Below are positions 60,105-64,000 of a DNA stretch of 64,000 bases, piece after piece (within the stretch, counting starts at the first letter, position 1; every line of letters starts with the position of its first letter). Made by a program: the position numbers and the translations under genes. The stretch comes from an uncultured Gemmatimonadales bacterium (GTDB lineage: Bacteria; Gemmatimonadota; Gemmatimonadetes; Gemmatimonadales; Gemmatimonadaceae). The stretch is from assembly GCA_963707505.1 (NCBI GenBank), contig CAVPQB010000006.1, positions 704,001 to 768,000 on the forward strand, given 5' to 3'. The notes under the pieces were generated by a model. That model made no database searches. It was not told the DNA's origin and was given only the letters and a program-made list of their open reading frames with translations.

Positions 60105-61124
60105 TTACGCTGATCTTCGCCGACGGGCCCAGTCCATAGCCACGAGGGCGAAGCGACGTGGGAAGAATGCCTTGAGGAATCCTGTAAAAGCCCCAATCGT
60201 AGGTCTGGTTCGCCAGCTTTGCAGGAATCCCACGCGTGCATCTCGCGGATTACCATCGCACCAGTCCCAGTATGCGAGTCCCCACAACATCTGTGCAAGC
60301 GCGCTATCGGCCGCGGCCGCTTCGCTGTGCGAAAGAGTGTGCCTGAGGCGTTTCAGATGCGCTCTCCGAACCGTGATGGCATCCACTCGAGTCGCGCGCT
60401 GATTGCGCGCGGTCAAGCTTGCCGAGTGACGGCGGTTGAGTGAATGGATCTCGTTGACGAACACAAACGGTGTATGCTCGGCGAATCGAAACCAGAGATC
60501 GACGTCCTCCGAGCAGACGATGGATTCGTCGAACCATAGCGCTTCGCTCACGACGAGTTCGCGCTTGAATACGACCGTTGGAGTGTTGACCGGCGTCGAC
60601 GTGAGAAGAAAAGCTCGAAAACTCACCGGACAGAGAAACGTATCCCCGTCGACATGGTCCATATAGCGCGCGGTCTTTTCGAGGAATCGCATGGATCGAA
60701 GCACGGACTGAGCCTCGACGTTGCCGGTGGCCTGATGCAGGTGCTGATAGTCGGCGAACGCAAAGTGTGCACCGGTCCGACGCATCGCAGCCACACATGA
60801 TGCAAGGCGAGTCGGCAGCGAGACGTCATCAGCGTCGAGCAGTGCCACGTACTCGCCGCGAGCAGCACGCAGCCCGTCGTTACGAGCACACGACGGGCGG
60901 CCCGATGCGGATTGTCGACGAATGAGGCGGATGCGCGGATCGGCAGCAGCATGCGCGGCCGCGACATCTGCCGTGTGATCGGTCGACGCATCATCGACGA
61001 CGATGATCTCGATGTCCCGGACCGTCTGATTCGACAGAGAAGCAAGCGCCTCGGCTATGTATGCGCCGCAGTTGTACGCCGGCACGATCACCGACACCAG
61101 CGGCTCTTTATACTGTGTCGTCAT
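60105..61124 (-). CDS. Glycosyltransferase family 2
   Basis: SVIVPAYN, VDDASTD, ARN.G, LDADD, SEDVDLW. Confidence 0.93.
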   Translation of the reverse strand: MTTQYKEPLVSVIVPAYNCGAYIAEALASLSNQTVRDIEIIVVDDASTDHTADVAAAHAAADPRIRLIRRQSASGRPSCARNDGLRAARGEYVALLDADDVSLPTRLASCVAAMRRTGAHFAFADYQHLHQATGNVEAQSVLRSMRFLEKTARYMDHVDGDTFLCPVSFRAFLLTSTPVNTPTVVFKRELVVSEALWFDESIVCSEDVDLWFRFAEHTPFVFVNEIHSLNRRHSASLTARNQRATRVDAITVRRAHLKRLRHTLSHSEAAAADSALAQMLWGLAYWDWCDGNPRDARVGFLQSWRTRPTIGAFTGFLKAFFPRRFALVAMDWARRRRSA

Positions 61125-62332
61125 CGCAGATGGGACGCGATGAGCGAGACAGTGGTTTCGGCAGCCGCGATAGTCTGTCTCAGCATTTCCGGTGCAATGA
61201 CGAAATCGTCGACGTTTCCGTCACCGCACTGTCCGTTGGGATATGCGCCGAGGATCGAGAAGTAGCTCATGCCCGCCGAGTCGGCGGCGGTATAATAATA
61301 CGGCTCGATATGCCCGGGCGGAGTGAGTTCTATGAGGACCGAGCCCGGATGACAGAACACGACATCGGTGAGCGCCGCTCCGTGCGGACCGATGATGATC
61401 TCCGCCTGCGGCAGGAGATCACGGATTGCGTCCGTGCCCGGAATGATCGTCTCGAATCCCGCCGCATCCAGGATCGGAGCGAGTGCCTCTTCATCGATCA
61501 GCGTACGTCTCGACCCTCGTCTGCTAAGAAAAAGACGCCGGCCCTGCTGCGGAACATGCGGCGATCGCGAGCGCCAGAATTCGCCGACCCATGTTGGACT
61601 GTTGCATCGCAAGCCCGGAAAGGTAGGCGCGATCAGCTGCTCGCATTCCACAATTGAAAAGCTGCTCAGCGCAACCATCTTCTCCGGTGGGATTCCGCAC
61701 AGCTGTACGGCAGATTTTCGTCCTTCGGATGACAGATCCGGAACGAGTACGTGCGACACATCGTCCCAGGTGTAGCCGGATCGCTCGAACAAGGCGACTC
61801 GGGACAGCGCATCGAACATCATGTGACCGTAGTTCGCGGACCACTCCGTACACAGGTTGAGTGTCACGCCCGACAAACGCGCAGTCGACGCGAGGCTGTC
61901 GTGGAGATAGATCGGACATGACCCCACTCGGTATCCATACCAGCTGTGATCGGGAAGATATGTGTCATCCTCGGCGACGATCCATCCTTGCGGACTGATC
62001 ACGCGTGCATTCCGCAGTCGTGCAACGCCTGCCGCCGGCAGGACTGTCGCGACCAGCTCGAGCATCTGCGCAGCGGGATAGTTGACGCAACGCGGCGCTT
62101 GCCTCTCGGCGACGCCAGCCGGAACGACCTCACGCCATTCGGCGCCATGTCGCCGGCAGTATTCCGGAGTGTGAGACCAGTGCCGGGGCGGCCCGAAGGT
62201 TCGCGAGTCCAGAGGCAGCCACTTGCTGCGCTCCGGACTCGCGAACGTGCCAGCGAATCGGCGATAGGTTGCTCCGCCGAGCTTCCACAACGGGCGCGGA
62301 ACCAGCGCGCGTAAACCGGGGTCAGAGTGCAC
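61121..62332 (-). CDS. Glycosyltransferase family 61 (DUF563)
   Basis: NYGHMMFD, LFLSRR, IIGPHGAALT, LIEL. The candidate GTG start lies inside the REP-like hairpin. Confidence 0.82.
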   Translation of the reverse strand: MHSDPGLRALVPRPLWKLGGATYRRFAGTFASPERSKWLPLDSRTFGPPRHWSHTPEYCRRHGAEWREVVPAGVAERQAPRCVNYPAAQMLELVATVLPAAGVARLRNARVISPQGWIVAEDDTYLPDHSWYGYRVGSCPIYLHDSLASTARLSGVTLNLCTEWSANYGHMMFDALSRVALFERSGYTWDDVSHVLVPDLSSEGRKSAVQLCGIPPEKMVALSSFSIVECEQLIAPTFPGLRCNSPTWVGEFWRSRSPHVPQQGRRLFLSRRGSRRTLIDEEALAPILDAAGFETIIPGTDAIRDLLPQAEIIIGPHGAALTDVVFCHPGSVLIELTPPGHIEPYYYTAADSAGMSYFSILGAYPNGQCGDGNVDDFVIAPEMLRQTIAAAETTVSLIASHLR

Positions 62333-62344
62333 TTCTCTGACTCC
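62318..62344. repeat. REP-like hairpin at the 3' end of the RAYT remnant
   Basis: GGGGTCAGAG-tgcactt-CTCTGACTCC. Confidence 0.75.
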
Positions 62345-62684
62345 CGCGATCCTTGCGTGGCCCGCCGATCTTTGCGGGACGCGCGCGGCGCCCTAGCGGC
62401 GGGCGAATCGCGGGATCCCTGGCACCGAGTGCATTGGCCCCATGACTCGACCAGCGATAATCCTTGCGCTCCGCCACGATCCCAGGCGTGACGAGCAGAT
62501 GAACATGGTTGGTCATGAGCACGTACGCATGCACGGCACAATGTTCCCGCATGGACAGTTCACGCAGAGCTTGCAGGTAACGGAGATAGTCCGATTCACG
62601 AAAGAAGCACGGCCTGCGATCGTTGCCAGGTTGGATAACGTGCTGCGCGATGCCAGGAATGTCCAGGCGCGGCTGGCGTGCGAT
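62322..62684 (-). mobile_element. Decayed REP-associated tyrosine transposase (RAYT, IS200/Y1 HUH family)
   Basis: AGGAG RBS then ATC in place of ATG; ARQPRLDIPGIAQHVIQPGN, HAYVLMTNHVHLLVTP, then a jump to DYRWSS with the catalytic-Tyr segment missing. Confidence 0.85.
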
Positions 62685-62774
62685 GGTGAAGCTCCTGTGA
62701 AGGGAGCCACACAATACTATGGGGCGGCGTCATGCCATTCAGTCGATTGCAACATCTGAAACCGGAATACCGCG

Positions 62775-62784
62775 CTCTGACCCC
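62775..62784. repeat. REP-like half-site upstream of the RAYT remnant
   Basis: CTCTGACCCC is the exact reverse complement of GGGGTCAGAG at 62318-27. Confidence 0.65.
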
Positions 62785-62850
62785 TATTCCCCCATTTTCC
62801 CGGCAAACCCTATATTCCAGAGTCTTTCCGACCCACAACCAGCAGGCGCC

Positions 62851-64000
62851 TTGGCGGATCTTCGATCGCGTGTCGAGCAGTCGTTGTCTGGCAGCTACAC
62901 TCTTGAGCGCGAACTCGGCGGCGGCGGGATGTCGCGCGTGTTCGTGGCCAGCGAGGACCGCCTCGGCCGACGGGTAGTCGTCAAGGTGCTGTCGACCGAA
63001 CTGGCGGCGGCGATGTCGGTGCCGCGGTTCGAGCGCGAAATTCGCGTTGCAGCGTCGCTGCAGCAAGCCAATATCGTACCGGTGCTCGCGGCCGGCGACA
63101 TCGACGGCATTCCGTACTATACGATGCCCTACGTCGAAGGTGAGAGTCTCCGCGCGCGGCTGGGCCGCAAGCCGCTCGCCATTTCAGAAGTGCTCAGCAT
63201 ACTTCGCGATGTCGCACGCGCGCTGGCGTACGCGCATGAACGCGGAGTGGTTCATCGCGACATCAAGCCGGACAACGTGCTGCTTTCGGGGCACACCGCC
63301 GTAGTCACCGACTTCGGTATCGCGAAGGCGATCGCGGCCGCAGCCGCGAGTCCCACCGGCGCGACACTCACGCAATTGGGCACCGCCGTGGGGACGCCGG
63401 CCTACATGGCGCCGGAACAGGCTGCGGGTGATCCGGCAACCGATCACCGCGCCGATCTCTACGCGTTCGGCTGCATGGCGTACGAGTTGCTCGCCGGTCG
63501 AGCAGTGTTTCCCGACCTCGCACCACACAAGTTGCTGGTCGCGCACATGACGGAGACGCCGACGCCGGTCGCTGATCTGCGATTGGATTGCCCACCTGCG
63601 CTCGCGTCGCTGGTGATGCAGTGCCTGGCGAAGTCGCCCGCCGCGCGGCCGGCAAGTGCCACCGAGCTGCTGCAGCGCCTGGACAACACCACATCGGGCG
63701 CCGGTGGCGTAATGCCCGGGATACTGATCGGCGGACGTCCCATGCTGTGGCGCGCACTCGGGATCTACGTCGCTGCCTTCATCGGCGTCGCGATCCTGGC
63801 GCGTGCGGCGATCATCGCGATCGGTCTGCCGGACTGGGTCTTTTCCGGCGCACTCGTCGTCATGGCGCTTGGATTGCCCGTGGTGCTGTTCACCGCGTAC
63901 ACACAGTACATCGCGCGGCGGGTCGCCACGGCGACACCGGTGTACACAGCCGGCGGCACACGGTCGCTCGCCGGCCACGGAACCATGGCGACCATCGCCA
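62851..64000 (+). CDS. Ser/Thr kinase, paralog of 17928..21107, running off the window (absent from the ORF track)
   Basis: TTG start gives MADLRSRVEQSLSGSYTLERELGGGGMSRV; HRDIKPDN, DFG, GTPAYMAPE, GLPDWV..GTMATIA; no stop before the window end. Confidence 0.92.
   Translation, partial: MADLRSRVEQSLSGSYTLERELGGGGMSRVFVASEDRLGRRVVVKVLSTELAAAMSVPRFEREIRVAASLQQANIVPVLAAGDIDGIPYYTMPYVEGESLRARLGRKPLAISEVLSILRDVARALAYAHERGVVHRDIKPDNVLLSGHTAVVTDFGIAKAIAAAAASPTGATLTQLGTAVGTPAYMAPEQAAGDPATDHRADLYAFGCMAYELLAGRAVFPDLAPHKLLVAHMTETPTPVADLRLDCPPALASLVMQCLAKSPAARPASATELLQRLDNTTSGAGGVMPGILIGGRPMLWRALGIYVAAFIGVAILARAAIIAIGLPDWVFSGALVVMALGLPVVLFTAYTQYIARRVATATPVYTAGGTRSLAGHGTMATIA

Overview
GC-rich bacterial DNA. 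The gene families (membrane Ser/Thr kinase-TPR paralogs, PadR + duplicated ABC-permease pairs, DUF5916, carboxypeptidase-regulatory/TonB-like outer-membrane protein) point to Gemmatimonadota; this is inference. The window is a patchwork accessory region of about 50 CDS. It holds a TetR-TolC-MFP-RND-CDF efflux operon, several peptidases and hydrolases, glycan-degrading enzymes (GH89, glycosylasparaginase-cutC), surface-glycan modifiers, an ECF42/YciI module and several gene fragments. Five indels break TolC, one permease and an M28 peptidase; they look like long-read errors. Highlights: (1) a membrane-integral DoxX/TQO-like + copper nitrite reductase (NirK) + cytochrome c triple fusion, bracketed by a duplicated 43-bp promoter; (2) three 96-bp palindromic elements with 24-bp covarying arms, two directly upstream of different padR promoters and two bracketing a padR-permease cassette, sharing their GGGGTCAG end with the repeats around a decayed RAYT transposase; (3) a CBS-pair + HPF/RaiA ribosome-hibernation fusion; (4) a tandem cupredoxin-like protein. 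No rRNA, tRNA or CRISPR array was seen.
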